NCBI RefSeq assembly: GCF_009914755.1
Contig: NC_060931.1
Source: the human T2T-CHM13v2.0 reference genome, Homo sapiens
Direction: 5' to 3' (one strand)
DNA length: 64,000 bases
The notes under the pieces were generated by a model, which ran no database searches, was not told the DNA's origin, and saw nothing but the letters and a program-made list of their open reading frames with translations. Of this stretch, positions 41,101 through 58,429 are shown piece after piece. Positions within the stretch are counted from its first letter, which is position 1; each line of letters starts with the position of its first letter. Position numbers and translations under genes: made by a program.

Positions 41101-42117
41101 ATGGGGAAAAGACAGAACAGAAAAACTGGAAACTCTAAAACGCAGAGCACCTCTCCTCCTCCAAAGGAACGCAGTTCCTCACCAGCAACGGAACAAAGCT
41201 GGATGGAGAATGACTTTGACGAGCTGAGAGAAGAAGGCTTCAGACGATCAAATTACTCTGAGCTACGGGAGGACATTCAAACCAAAGGCAAAGAAGTTGA
41301 AAACTTTGAAAAAAATTTAGAAGAATGTATAACTAGAATAACCAATACAGAGAAGTGCTTAAAGGAGCTGATGGAGCTGAAAGCCAAGGCTCGAGAACTA
41401 CGTGAAGAATGCAGAAGCCTCAGGAGCCGATGCGATCAACTGGAAGAAAGGGTATCAGCAATGGAAGATGAAATGAATGAAATGAAGCGAGAAGGGAAGT
41501 TTAGAGAAAAAAGAATAAAAAGAAATGAGCAAAGCCTCCAAGAAATATGGGACTATGTGAAAAGACCAAATCTACGTCTGATTGGTGTACCTGAAAGTGA
41601 CGGGGAGAATGGAACCAAGTTGGAAAAAACTCTGCAGGATATTATCCAGGAGAATTTCCCCAATCTAGCAAGGCAGGCCAACGTTCAGATTCAGGAAATA
41701 CAGAGAACGCCACAAAGATACTCCTCGAGAAGAGCAACTCCAAGACACATAATTGTCAGATTCACCAAAGATGAAATGAAGGAAAAAATGTTAAGGGCAG
41801 CCAGAGAGAAAGGTCGGGTTACCCTCAAAGGGAAGCCCATCAGACTAACAGCAGATCTCTCCGCAGAAACCCTACAAGCCAGAAGACAGTGGGGGCCAAT
41901 ATTCAACATTCTTAAAGAAAAGAAATTTCAACCCAGAATTTCATATCCAGCCAAACTAAGCTTCATAAGTGAAGGAGAAATAAAATACTTTACAGACAAG
42001 CAAATGCTGAGAGATTTTGTCACCACCAGGCCTGCCCTAAAAGAGCTCCTGAAGGAAGCGCTAAACATGGAAAGGAACAACCGGTACCAGCCGCTGCAAA
42101 ATCATGCCAAAATGTAA
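41101..42117 (+). CDS. L1 ORF1p (338 aa, RNA-binding chaperone), open
   Basis: Full 338 aa; REKG, ARR and YPAKLS motifs intact. Confidence 0.96.
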   Translation: MGKRQNRKTGNSKTQSTSPPPKERSSSPATEQSWMENDFDELREEGFRRSNYSELREDIQTKGKEVENFEKNLEECITRITNTEKCLKELMELKAKARELREECRSLRSRCDQLEERVSAMEDEMNEMKREGKFREKRIKRNEQSLQEIWDYVKRPNLRLIGVPESDGENGTKLEKTLQDIIQENFPNLARQANVQIQEIQRTPQRYSSRRATPRHIIVRFTKDEMKEKMLRAAREKGRVTLKGKPIRLTADLSAETLQARRQWGPIFNILKEKKFQPRISYPAKLSFISEGEIKYFTDKQMLRDFVTTRPALKELLKEALNMERNNRYQPLQNHAKM

Positions 42118-42153
42118 AGACCATCGAGACTAGGAAGAAACTGCATCAACTAA

Positions 42154-45921
<3,768 letters not shown>

Positions 45922-46559
45922 ATGAAATTGGAAATCATCATTCTCAGTAAACTGTTGCAAGAACAAAAAACCAAACCGCATATTCTCACTCATAGGTGGG
46001 AATTGAACAATGAGATCACATGGACACAGGAAGGGGAATATCACACTCTGGGGACTGTGTTGCGGTGGGGGGAGGGGGGAGGGATAGCATTGGGAGATAT
46101 ACCTAATGCTAGATGACGAGTTAGTGGGTGCAGCGCACCAGCATGGCACATGTATACATATGTAACTAACCTGCACAATGTGCACATGTACCCTAAAACT
46201 TAAAGTATAATTAAAAAAAAAAAAGAAAAAAAGAAAAACCAAATGCTAATATTCTATTTCGCTTACAGTCAAATACATAAAGTATGTGCATTTTCATCAA
46301 ATCATTCAACTTAATCGTAATTTTTAACTGGGTGAGATAGAAATACAGTATTACATCTACTAAGAAATTAATAATACAAATAAAATTCAAGAAGAGTGAT
46401 TATCCAGTTAAGTAAATTAAGTTTTTTAAAAGAATCTCTTTCAATGTGATCAATAATTGTCGTCTCTAACATATAATTATTTCTTAAACTAAGAGGGCTT
46501 TTATAGAGACTATTTTTAAGCAGTTAGGTTTTTCCTGAAAGTATTCTACTGATCATTTT

Positions 46560-46770
46560 TAAAACATTTTAAAAATTTTTACTGATACATAATACTTCTA
46601 CATATTTATGGGGTACTGTGATATTTTGTTACATGCATAGAATGTGTATTGATCAAGTCAGTATATCTAGGCTGACCATCATCTTGAACGTTTATCATTT
46701 CTATGTTTTAGGAACATTTAAAGTCCTCTTTTCTAACTATTTTTAAATACACAATACATTAACTCTTGTC
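46560..46770 (-). mobile_element. L1MA-type 3' end fragment
   Basis: catatttatggggtactgtgatattttgttacatgcatagaatgtgt...ttctaactatttttaaatacacaatac. Confidence 0.78.
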
Positions 46771-46776
46771 AATCTT

Positions 46777-46939
46777 GGCCAGGCATGGTGGCTCATTCCT
46801 GTAATCCCAGCAGTTTGAGAGGCTGAGGCAGGCAGATCACTTGAGCCTAGAAGTTTGAGAACAGCCTGGGCAACAAGGCGAAATGCTGTCTCTACAAAAA
46901 ATAGAAAAGTTAGCCAGGCATGGTGGCATGCGCCTGTAA
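46777..46939 (+). mobile_element. Partial AluJ (left arm plus start of right arm)
   Basis: ggccaggcatggtggctcattcctgtaatccc...tggtggcatgcgcctgtaa, then an abrupt end. Confidence 0.88.
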
Positions 46940-49900
46940 CTCACTACATACCCACATGCCAGCTGGACTAAGGAACAATGCCGCTGCTTAATGTTAAAAG
47001 TCTCAACATACTATTTAACTTTTTGAACTACAGAATTACCTTTGTTACTTAGATGCCATCTACAAACTGACTTATTTCTATGTTATCCCATCAAACCAAC
47101 TACTTAAATTACAGGAAAACTTTAAGACATTAAAGAAACATAGGAGAAGTATTTACAAATTCTTTTCATGAATTAACTTAAACACAGATACAGAACTCAA
47201 CCTTATGAAATGCATAATTAGGTTAACAAAATTCAAGCATGAAGAAGTAGATGCATCTCAAAATTCTCTTTACCAGATGCAAAGGCGTGATGATGACATG
47301 AAAACAGAAGACAATCTCCTGCAGATGTTCTTCCTAATACCATGAAACTTAAGCATATACTTTACATAGTGCTACTAAGTTTGAACTTCTAAAATATACC
47401 AACTACTTATGTGTTCTAGGAAAAAAATTCAGTTGGTACAAAATCACAATTTTAATTTAAAAAAACAGAGCTGTTTTATATAACCACAGCAGAGGGTTGC
47501 AAAATGGTAACTCAAGAGAAATGTAAATGTTTTTGCCTTAATAAAATAAACTTACAGCCTGGACAGGCTTGCATCCATTTAAATACAGCCAAACATTTCA
47601 TATAGGTTGAGTACTGCAGATTTGCTTATAGATACACATCAAGTAGATTTTTTTTTGTCTTTTTGTACCATTCACTAATTCACTAAATAGAATTACAGTA
47701 AAACAGTATTTCCCATGCAGTGTGACATTTCTAACAGTTCTTTCTCACATATACATAAAAAAGATAAGCCTATCCTTCTGCCCCCCACAAAAAAGAATAT
47801 CTAATTTCATTTTAATGAAAGGTAGCACATTTACTCATATAAACTGGTAAACTGCTTAAACATTTAACATGTGGTTAGCCTCATGGCTTTGTGGGTGGGC
47901 GAGGTTTCCGGCTCTCGGTGTTTGGAAAAGGCTCCTCTGTGCATTTTGTGTCTTTACACTCAGCTCTACGCAAGCTTTATGTTTGTCTAGCAATCATTTA
48001 ATATATTCCTGGTCCCAGATGAATTCCAGTTAACTTTTTATATTTTAAAATGGGATTTTTTACTTCTGAGAACGGATACATTAATTAAAGGACTATAAGT
48101 AAGTATCCTGCACGATGGTCTTTAAAACCCCACATTTAACACTTTCGTCTCATTGCAGAGTCTATGTTCACAATAAAAGGCATGCGAAGGGAGTCAGGAT
48201 TGGTGGTATGAGGGGAAATAGTCTCTGTTTATTTCACTAAGAACCAAAGCTTAAGTATATACCTAAATAATGCACTGCTTAATGCCCACCAAAGTGGAAG
48301 GAAGGATGGTCAAAATGAAACTTCTTATTATGAGTTAGAAAGAATTGGTAGATAAACCAGAGAGATTCTTTGAATCTACATAATAGCTGCAAAATTATCA
48401 ACATGTACATAAAAAAGTAAATTGTGTTAATAAAACCCAAAATCTTCAAAACATCACTTTTCAAAAGAAATATAATGAATCTAAAAACTGATGACACCAG
48501 CCGATACTAAACAGGTCAAAGTAATATTTGATCTGAAGGATTAGAAAAGATTTTAGAAAAACTATCTTATTTCAACTATTTAAGAATTAGATTCCATTAA
48601 TTAATTTAATAAGCTACGCTTAAAATAAGCTTCTAATAGTGAACCACTTCATTGTAGAACAAAATTAAATCAGAGTCATCATCAAAGTCAACTCATAATT
48701 CTGATGAATAGAAACTAAATTATAAACTATCATGGAAACTCAAAGCAAATGTTTAGCAAGTCACTGGTAAATCTTCACAAAATAAAATACAGGCAAAACT
48801 AAATGGAGAAATAATGGCATTTAACAAAAGGTAGTAAACAAAACACATTGCATTAAAACATTAACCATACAAAATATTTAAATGTTTCTTTTGATTCAAA
48901 GAATTAAAAAGTAAATGAGTTTCATAATATCAGTACAAATGTTACATAAGTATACACTGTTTCAAATCCTTATTCAAAAGATCAAAGTAATGAAACCAGA
49001 AACTCACATTTTAAACAGTTAATAGGAAAACCTAACTTCAAAAGTATTTTAAGTCATAAAATAAATAGTTTTTCAAATTATTTTACAAGGTGGTCTCTCT
49101 TACAAGAACATACTTTAACACTGTTGTATTATGGCACAATTATCTCAACATTACATACATCTACAATTACCTTAATTAACATCTGTAACAAATTTTAGAA
49201 TCAAAAGTTAAGAACAATCCCACTGATTAATATAAAGCATTGATTTGTTTAGCTAACTATAAAACATAATTCTATGTTCATTTACTTTCTCCAAGAAAAC
49301 TGTCAGAATATAAATCACCAAAGTTACCAAAAAAAGCAGGTATATGCTTCTCCAAAATTTATCCGAGTTTACAATATCATATTTTAGTGAATTGTCAAAA
49401 TTTCATTTTACATTATAAAAACTAATACTGCTTAAGCATCAATCTATAATTATTATTAAGGTTCTCTGCAGGCCATGTAGGCATGCATTACTTGTCATTT
49501 TTTTAAAAAAATACTAAACAGTTTTACAGTTTACTTCATAAATAAAGAGGACTTCTGCATTTAGGCCAACTACTACAAGTCCATCATGCTACTTCTCATC
49601 TATAAGAATTGATTCTGTTTTATGTACCTACTTTTGCAAGTTTTTTAAAAATAAATATATTTAATGTGTTCCAAAGGCAAAGTAATCTTAAAAAAACTTT
49701 TTAGAAGATGAGGTATTCAGAATACACAGAAAAAAAAATATTCAAAAACATGACCAAGATGCCTGTAAGGCAGGTATACACTGTATCCAAGTCATATTAG
49801 AAAAGCCTCCACCAATTCATCCTGTGCCTTCTCTTAGGTGCAAACCAAATCATTAAAAGTCTTGGTAATTAGTAATTATTTAATAATCTCAGGAACAATG

Positions 49901-50444
49901 TTTTGGCAAAATAATCTTAGGTTTCTTTGAGCCCAGGAAATAGATAATCTAATAATCAAAATCAATGTAGATATATAAGATTAACATCTTATACATATTT
50001 ATTCTGAATTTGTCATTAAAAATGTGAAAATATATGAAGAACTGTGCTAAGAAATGTAAAAAGAATGACCATAGACAAAAAATATAATAACAAGAAGTTA
50101 CAGTTACAGTGCTTCCAATGAAAAACTGGAAGGTCACTTTTGCTTTACTTTGTTGGGATATTCTGGATTAAAATAAAATGCCAACTTAACATTTTATTTT
50201 GAACAGATTTTTTTTTCCATGAAGGTACATCATGTGATAGAGCAGACCCAATTCAATGGTCGGCCAAATAAAACACAGTCTACAAGTGCACTGTACACTT
50301 GAGTAGACATTAGCCATATACTGTTACATTTAAATTCAAATTTATTAGTATTAAAAATAAAACTCAGGTCATCAGTTTAGCTATATTTCAAGAGGTCATA
50401 GCCTCAGTTAGATAGTGGCTACCACATATAAAAGAAATACAACT

Positions 50445-53400
50445 TTTTGTTAATTTTCACATAGGCAGATAAGATTGATAAGTTTACACAACGTGATGTT
50501 CTGAAGCATACATTAGTTATGGAATGACTAAATCTATACAATATACATATGTATGGCCTCATAGTTATCAGTTTTGTGGTAATATTTTATATCCTCTCAG
50601 AGTTTTTCAAGAACGTATTAATTGTAGTCAGACTGTACAATCAATCTTTTATTCCTCATTGAAGTGAAATTTTATAATCTTTGACATTTCCCTAACCCTC
50701 TACTATCTGCTGCCATAGTATCAACTCTTTCAGATTCCACATGAGCAACATCATTCAGTATTTGTCTTTCTGTGCCTGGCTTACTTCACTTAATATAATG
50801 TCCTCCAGATTCAGCCACGTTGTTGCAAATGCCAGGATTTCCTTCTTTTTCACGGCCAAAGAGTATTTAATTGTGTTTGTATCACATTTTCTTTATCTAT
50901 CCATTTGTGGACACTTAGGTTGATTCCATATCCTAGCTATTGTGAAAAATGCTGCAATGAACATAAGAGTACAGATGTCTCTTTGAAATAATGATTTCAT
51001 TTCCTTTGTATATGTAGCTAGTAGTGGGGTTGGTAGATGATACATTAGTTCTATTTTTAATTTGTTAGGAATCTCCATACTGCTTTCTATAATGGCTGTG
51101 GTAATTCACATTCCCACTAACAAGGGAATGTATGGGTTCCCTTTTCTCCATATTCTTGTCAACACTTATCTTTGTCCTTTTCATAACAGCCATTCTAATA
51201 GGCATGAGGTGATATCTCATTGTGGTTGTGATTTACACTTCCCTGATGATTAGTGATATTATTTTTTCATATACCTATTGGCCATCTATTTCCTTTTCAG
51301 ACACGTCTATTCAGGTCTTCTACTGTTTTGTTAATATCTTGTTTTCTTGATATAGAGCCAAGTTTTTTTACATAATTCTGATATTAAGCCCTTATGAGAT
51401 GTATCGTTTGCATATGAGATGTATGTATAGTTCGCATATGAGATGTATGGTTCCTCTCATTCTGTAAGTTGTCTCTTCATTTTTCCTCAGCTGTGCAGAA
51501 GCTTTTAAGTTTGATGTGACACCAATTTGTCTATTTTTGCTTTCGTAGCCATTACTCTTGGAGTCATACTAATAAGTCATTGCCCAGATCAATGTCATAA
51601 GGATTTTCTCCTATGTATCTTCTAGTAGTTTCATAGATTCTAATCTTACATTTAAATCCCTAATCCATTTGGAGTGGTTTTTGTATATGGTGTGAGATAA
51701 GGGTCTAATTCCATTCTTCTGTGTGTGGATATTCAGTTATCCCAACAACATTTATTGAAGAGATTGTGCATTCTCTATTGTGTGTTCTAGGAAATTTTGT
51801 CTAAATCCGTTGGCTATAAACATGGGATTTATGGGCATTCTATAACGTTCCATTTGTCTATGTGTATTTATATACCAGTACTATGTTGTTTTGGTTACTG
51901 TATCTTTGTAGTATATTTTGAAGTCAGGTAATGTGATTCCCTCCAGCTTTGTTCTTTTTCCTCAACACGGTTTTGACTATTCAGGGTCTAGCAAAAGATT
52001 TTCCAATTTTTTTAGCCCTTCAAAAAAACTCACTCTTAGTTTCGTAGATCTATTCTACCATTTTCCCACTATTTCATTCATTTCTGCTCTATATTGTTTC
52101 CTTCCTTCTCCTAACTTCAGGCTTAGTTTGTTGTGTTTTCTAGTTCCTTCAAGTGAAAAGTAGGTGAAATGAAATATTTCTTCATTTTTGATGTAGGTGT
52201 ATGTTGCTATCAACTTCCCTGTTAGAACTGCTTTTACTGTATCCCATAGATTTTGGTATGTTAGGTTTCCATTTGTTAGTCTCAAGGAATTTTTTAATTA
52301 TAACTTTAAATTCTTCATTGACCCTCTGGTTGGTCAGGAGGATGTTTAATTTCCATGTATTTGTGAATTCTCCAAAGTCCTCCAGTTCCTCATTTCTAGT
52401 TTCATATTTTGTAGTCAGAAAATATTATTTGGTATAATTTCAATCTTAAGTATTTTAACACTTGTTTCATAGCCTAACATGATTTACCCTGGAGAATATT
52501 CCATGTGCAGTTGAGAAGAGTGTGTACTCCTCAGCTGTTCAACTCTTGGACTGAATATCCTATGTATGTCTGTTATGTCTATTTGATCAAGAGCATAGTT
52601 TAAGTCCAACATTCCCTTATTGGTTTTCTGGTTAACCTGCTCATTGCTGGTAGCAGATGTTAAAGTACCCTACAATTATTGCATTGCAGTTTTTCTCTCC
52701 CTTCAGATCTATTAATATTTGCTTCATATTATATATTTAGGTATTCCAACATTGGTTGCATATATCACAACTGTCCTATCTTCTTACTTGATCCCTTTGA
52801 CATTATATAATGACTTTTTATATTTATTTGCTAAAAGTATATTTTACCTCATGAATACAGCTACTCCTACTTTTTTGTTGTTGTTTCAATTTGTATGGGA
52901 CATCTTTTTCTATCCCTTCACTTTCAGTTTGTGTGTGTCCTTACAGGTAAAATTAGTCTCTCTTTGGCAGCATATTGTTGGATTTTTAAAAATCTATTAA
53001 GCTACTTTATGTCTTTTGATTGGAAAAATATACTTACATTCAAGATAATTATTGATAGGTACAGACTTACAACTGCCATTTTTGTGCATTGTTTTCTAGT
53101 TGTTTTGCCAATTTTTGTTCCTTTCTTCCTCTATCTTCCTTTGTGGCCAAGTAAATTTTTTTAGTGTTATGTTTTTAATTTCTTGCTTTTTATTTTCTGT
53201 GTATCTAATATAAGTTTTTGCTTTGTGGTTACCATGATGCTTACAAAAACCACATTAAATTGTTTTAAGGTGATGAACACTTTGATTTTAACAACAAAAA
53301 CACTACACATTTATTCACTCACTCCTCCATATTTAGTATTTTTCATGTCACAATTTTCATATTGCATATCCTTAAATTTGTTACTATTTTTACTAGGTTT

Positions 53401-55165
53401 GCCTTTTTGCCTTCAAACTAGTGATAAAAATGATTTACACACAACCATTACAGCATGAGTATAGTGGATTTCACTGTATACTTTTACCAATAAGTTTTAT
53501 ATTTTCAAATGTTTTCATATTATTCATTAGTGTTGTGCTTTTTTTGGCTTAAAGGATTCCCATTAGCATTTCTTGTGTATCAGGTCTGGTGGTGATATAC
53601 TCCCTCAGCTTTTGTTTGTCCAGGAAAGTATTCATCTTTTCTTCATTTCTGAAGGACACCTTTGCTGGGTACACTATTCTTGGCTGACAGTTTTTTTTCC
53701 CCCTTTTCAGCATTTTAAATATATCCTTTTGTTTTTTCCTGGCCTACAAGATTTCTGCCAAAAAGTCTGCTGCTAGCTATATTTGAATTCCTTTATGTTA
53801 TCTGCTTCCTTTCTCTTGCTGCTTTCAGGATCTTCTTAGTCTTTGATTTTTGATAGCATTATTATAATATGTCTTGGAGAGTCACCTTATTTGGTTTAAA
53901 TTTGATTGGAGACCTTTGACATTTCTGTACCTGGATATTTACACTGTTCTCCAAAATTAAAAACAATTGTTACTATTTAAGTAAGCTTTCTGTCTTTTTC
54001 TCCTTCTTTAATGCCTGTGACTCAAAGATTGGCTCTTTGGATGCTGTACCATAAACCCTATAACCTTTCTTCATTCCTTTATTTCTTTCTTCTTCTATTT
54101 ATTTCAAAATAACCTGTCTTCAAGTTCAGGTTCTTTCTTGTGCTTGGCCAATTCTGCTGTTGATGCACTCTATTGCATTTTTCATTCCCTACATTGTATT
54201 TTCACCTCCAGGATTTGATTTTTTGAAAATTGTTTCATGCATCATCTAGTAGAAGCTAAAAATATTATTTCCATCTGATTATATTTCACATTCTGGTCAC
54301 TGTTTTCTTCATTGTGTTGAATTGTTTCTCTGTATTTTCTTCAAGTTTGCTGAGCTTCCTTAAAGTTTTGAATTCTTTGTCAGAAAGCTCACATGTCTCC
54401 ATTTCTTTAGGGTCAGTCACTTGTACCACATTTTTTTCATATGGTCATGTAATGTTTTCTTGATTGTTCTTGGTGCTTTTGGTCATTTGTCAATGTCTGC
54501 ACATTTGAAGAAGTAGATACTTATCCAAGTCTTCACAGATAGGGATTTGGCTTTGCCTGGTATAGCTCTGTAGCAGGTGTGACAATGCCAGAAGCCTGGG
54601 GCTCACTACATCAGTTGTTGCACTGGAACTGGCCAGAAGCGAGGGGCCACCTGCTGCTGCTGAGTGCTGTTCAGAGGACTGACACAAGTCTGGTGGTGGT
54701 ATAAGATGGAGATTGAGTTTACCAAGAAAGACTGAAGCCTGGGGCTCTGGGGTCCCACCTAGTGCTACAGCTGGTCTAGAGGCTCAGTCTGCAGTTACTG
54801 GCTTGAAATACAAAGCTGTGGGGATCACCCTGGTGTTGAGTATTATTGTGGTGGGCCAAGTGTTGGGGTTCAAGGTAAAATCTTATGCTCACTTCCTTCT
54901 TTTTCCCTAAGTGAACAATGTCTCTTCCCTATTCCATGCTGCCAGAGTTGGGGAGGAGTAACACAGGTAACAAACTGTCCTTCCTACTGTCTTCAATGCA
55001 TATTTTCTTACTACCATGCTACAGCTAGGTACTGAAATCTCTCACTTGGTTTCTTTAGCCCTTGTGAACGTATTTTCACATGTGGATAGTTGTTCAAATT
55101 GATGTTTCTGGTGGTGGGGTGACAATCAGTGGATAATCCTGCTTTGTCATCTTGTTCCACCCATC
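50445..55165 (-). mobile_element. Near-full-length old L1 (L1MA4/5-like) with a large internal ORF2 deletion
   Basis: 3'UTR from ~50450; ORF2 C-terminal remnants (FIAAFFTIARIWNQPKCP); a jump at ~51990 to EN/tower remnants (TYQNLWDTVKAVLTGKLIA); ORF1 region; 5' end gtggatagttgttcaaatt...gtcatcttgttccaccc. Confidence 0.8.
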
Positions 55166-55479
55166 CAGAACATGTTATCATGGTAAAAAGTGTTAATGGA
55201 AAGGGCTTGTCTAAACAAAAGCAGTGCTTATATATTATGATTTGTGGTCATATATCCCATTAAATATTTTTGATCATTAATTTACACATCCATACTGCAA
55301 AGGAATTTTTATTCCTACCTAACGTTACTACTTAAAATCCCACTGTGAAAAATTAGATCTTGAACAGGCAAAATTACACAGTCTAAGCTAAAACAGACTG
55401 AACTTTTTCTTATTTACATAAAAAAATTTCCAAAAATGTGGATGAATATTAAATGTGTAAAAATTAAACACTCAAAATT

Positions 55480-57350
55480 TAGATGAATCCAGTTTCTGTT
55501 TCTACCCAAGGGGGGAGTACTAGGGATGAAATTGTCTTTCTACCTCAACCAACTTTTAAAAAGCAAACTATATAAAACAATGTTTTTTAAAGACATTATA
55601 CATGATACAATGAAGAAATAATCCCTAAGAGACACAAAACAAAGTGAGCTGTACATGTACCCCATCCTACTGCCCGCAAGAGAGTTTCAGGACATGGTAC
55701 ATGGAGGAATCCAGATTTCATTTCTTTTAATTGAGAGATGAAGTTAAGAATCTGGGGAGACCAAGGTAGACAGAATAGAGTCACAGGTAGAGTACCAGAG
55801 AGGAGAGAGCTTCACAGTGAGAGAGCTCTATAGAACATCAGAATATCTTCCTCATACAGACAGCAGAGAACTGATCTGTGCACCTATGTGAGAAAATTAG
55901 TCAAAGGCCTAGAAGGAACAGTACTCAATGCACACACAGGGTTGGAAAAATTGGCAATAGCCATGAGCCATACTAGAAAACTTCATAATTAATATGGTTT
56001 AAATTTCCCTACCAAAACTCACATTAAAACCTAATTGCCACTGTAACAGTATTAAGAGATAGGGCCTTTAAGAGGTGATAAGGTCATGAGCGCTTATGAA
56101 GGGACTAATGCCTTTATCATGGGAATGGATTAGTTACTGCAGAAATGTGTTCTTGACAAAAAGAATGAGTTCAGCCCACTTCTCTCTGCCATGTGCACTT
56201 GTTCTCACCTTCTGCCCTTCCACTAAGGGATGATCTTCACCAATTGTCAGTAGCATGCTCTTGGACTTGCCAGTCTCCAGAATCATGAGCCAAATAAATC
56301 ACTTTTCTTTATAAATTGCCCAGTTCATGTTATTCTAACACCAGAAAACACAGTAAGTAAGACAATAATTTACAGGGCATTAGGTTGAGTATAAAGAAGG
56401 GTCTTCCCTCAGTTGTGGGAAATAATTATCTCTACACTAAATATACTAGTCCTGCTGAAAGATCAAAAAAACAAGACCTAAATGGATCAAACTGTTTTTA
56501 ATTACTTACATCTGGAACAAAGCTCATATTTATAAGAATACAAAAACATCCATCACCTAAGATAAAATTCACAATGTCTAATAGCTTAAATACCAAACCT
56601 TTTAAAAAGCAGAAAATATGGCCGATTATGAGGAGAAAAATCAAACAAAACCAACCCAACTGACACCAATATTAGAACTAAGAACATTAAAACAGTTATT
56701 AAAACTATGTTCCATTTGTTCAAAAACTATAGGAAAGACTGAACATATTAAGCACAGATGTAAAATAGACCTAACTCTAACTTCAAGAGATGAAAACTAA
56801 AGCATGTGATATTTTTAAAACCCCCACTAGAAATAATTAACAGAAAATTTGATATTAAAGATTAGTAAACTTGAAGACACAGCCATAAAAACGATTTTAA
56901 ATTAAACAGCAAAAAAAAAGAAGGCAAAAAGAGGAAATTAAACAGACCACCAGTGAGATATGGATCATATTTAGTCAGCCTAATAAACAGGTAATAAGAG
57001 TTGCCAGTAAGTTGGGAAAACAACAGAAAAACATTTGAATAATTAATGCTGAAAACATTCCTAATTGAATGAAAATGTTAAAACCACATATCAACACATC
57101 TTAAGTATGCACGCAAAAAAGAAAAATCTTAGGCAAAGAAAGGAGGAAGACACTGTGACCCATAATGAGGAGATACATACTTCCTTTCAATCTAACCCAG
57201 AACTGATAGGCATCAGAATCTTCAAAGATATTATAATGGTTTTTGTAATTAAATCACATATATTCAAGAATTAGAGAATATATTAAAAAGGACCTAAATC
57301 AAACTTCTAGAGAGGAAAACTACAGTGACTAATACAAAAAATACTGTTGT
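55480..57350 (+). mobile_element. Old L1M (L1MD/L1ME-like) 5' region, interrupted by an MST LTR
   Basis: gataaaattcacaatgtct...gaggagaaaaatcaa...gattagtaaacttgaagaca...tgctgaaaacattcctaaattgaatgaaa. Confidence 0.6.
55994..56365 (+). mobile_element. MST-family MaLR LTR
   Basis: atggttt...ccaaaactcacattaaaacctaattgcc...ctcttggacttgccagtctccagaatcatgagccaaataaat...aagaca. Confidence 0.8.
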
Positions 57351-57496
57351 TTAAAATTCAATGCATGTCTGCACACATAAGACAGTACAATGATGTATAC
57401 CATCTCAGCACATGGATGCTGAGCTCAATTAAATGGCCAGCCAGAGCAAGGGAGCATCTGTTTGGCACATGCTTTCATAATCGGGTACAATCGTAA

Positions 57497-57555
57497 TGCA
57501 CATTTGAAGAAGCAGATACTTATCCCAGTCTTCACAGATGGGGATTTGGCTTTGC
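57497..57555. repeat. Local direct duplication B, copy 2 (copy 1 at 54498-54556)
   Basis: 59-bp match with 3 substitutions: tgcacatttgaagaagYagatacttatccMagtcttcacagatRgggatttggctttgc. Confidence 0.92.
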
Positions 57556-58429
57556 AACAATAAATGAATGAGTGAAATATCAAATTCTGTTGACATACTG
57601 TAATATTAGCATTTATTTTAAGTTTGAAGGTAACTTTTGTTCTACTTTATATTTATGACAAGGGTAGAGGCTATTCACTTTCAGGCTGCTGGGTCCGTTT
57701 AATTGAAAATGATCAACTGCAAGAAAAAATGCTTCTGTACCTGTTAATATTATCAGTATTTAATAGGGCAGCCAGTTTACTATATAATCCAAATAAAAGG
57801 AGACAGGAAAAAAGAACAATTATCACTCATAATATTTTATTTCAAACTTTTGTTTTCAACTTAACATTTCTAAATGTTGCACATATAAACTAAAACAGCA
57901 ATTTAGTGTTCATAATGTAATTTTTGGTTTACTTAATATAGTAGCGATCCATTTAAAATTTATTCTGGGTTAAATAAAGGATGCTATCTCCAACAAAAAG
58001 TTTGAATACCACTCCCCAAATTTAATTTTTAAGAGGAAAATGAAGTCCCATTTAGAAATGAGAAATACTTCAAAGGTTAATACTACTGTTCAGGACACAT
58101 ACAGAAAACAATTTAAAATAAGACATAAGCAGTCATTTATTGACACAATAAGATGCTTCATAAAAACTAAAAGCAGGCACTTGTAAGTTAGACAATTTTG
58201 AAATAAAAAACGTTTTTCTAAAAGGCAAAATGAAAAATTTTTTAATTGAATTCTACTAAACAGATCAAGATAGTAAAATGCATGAAGTTTAAACTTATAT
58301 ACTGTAAATGTCATAAAAACTCACAACTACTATTATTCTCCTTAATAGAATGTAGCCATTACTTGAGTTGCAATTTTTATTATTTCCTCATATCTGCCTC
58401 CTTCTTTTCTGCAAGTCATCACAAAGCAC

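Noticed and set aside
56618-57330. Similar motifs at ~56620-56800 and ~57150-57330
   Set aside because: Consistent with the internal repeats typical of old L1M 5' regions rather than a new duplication.
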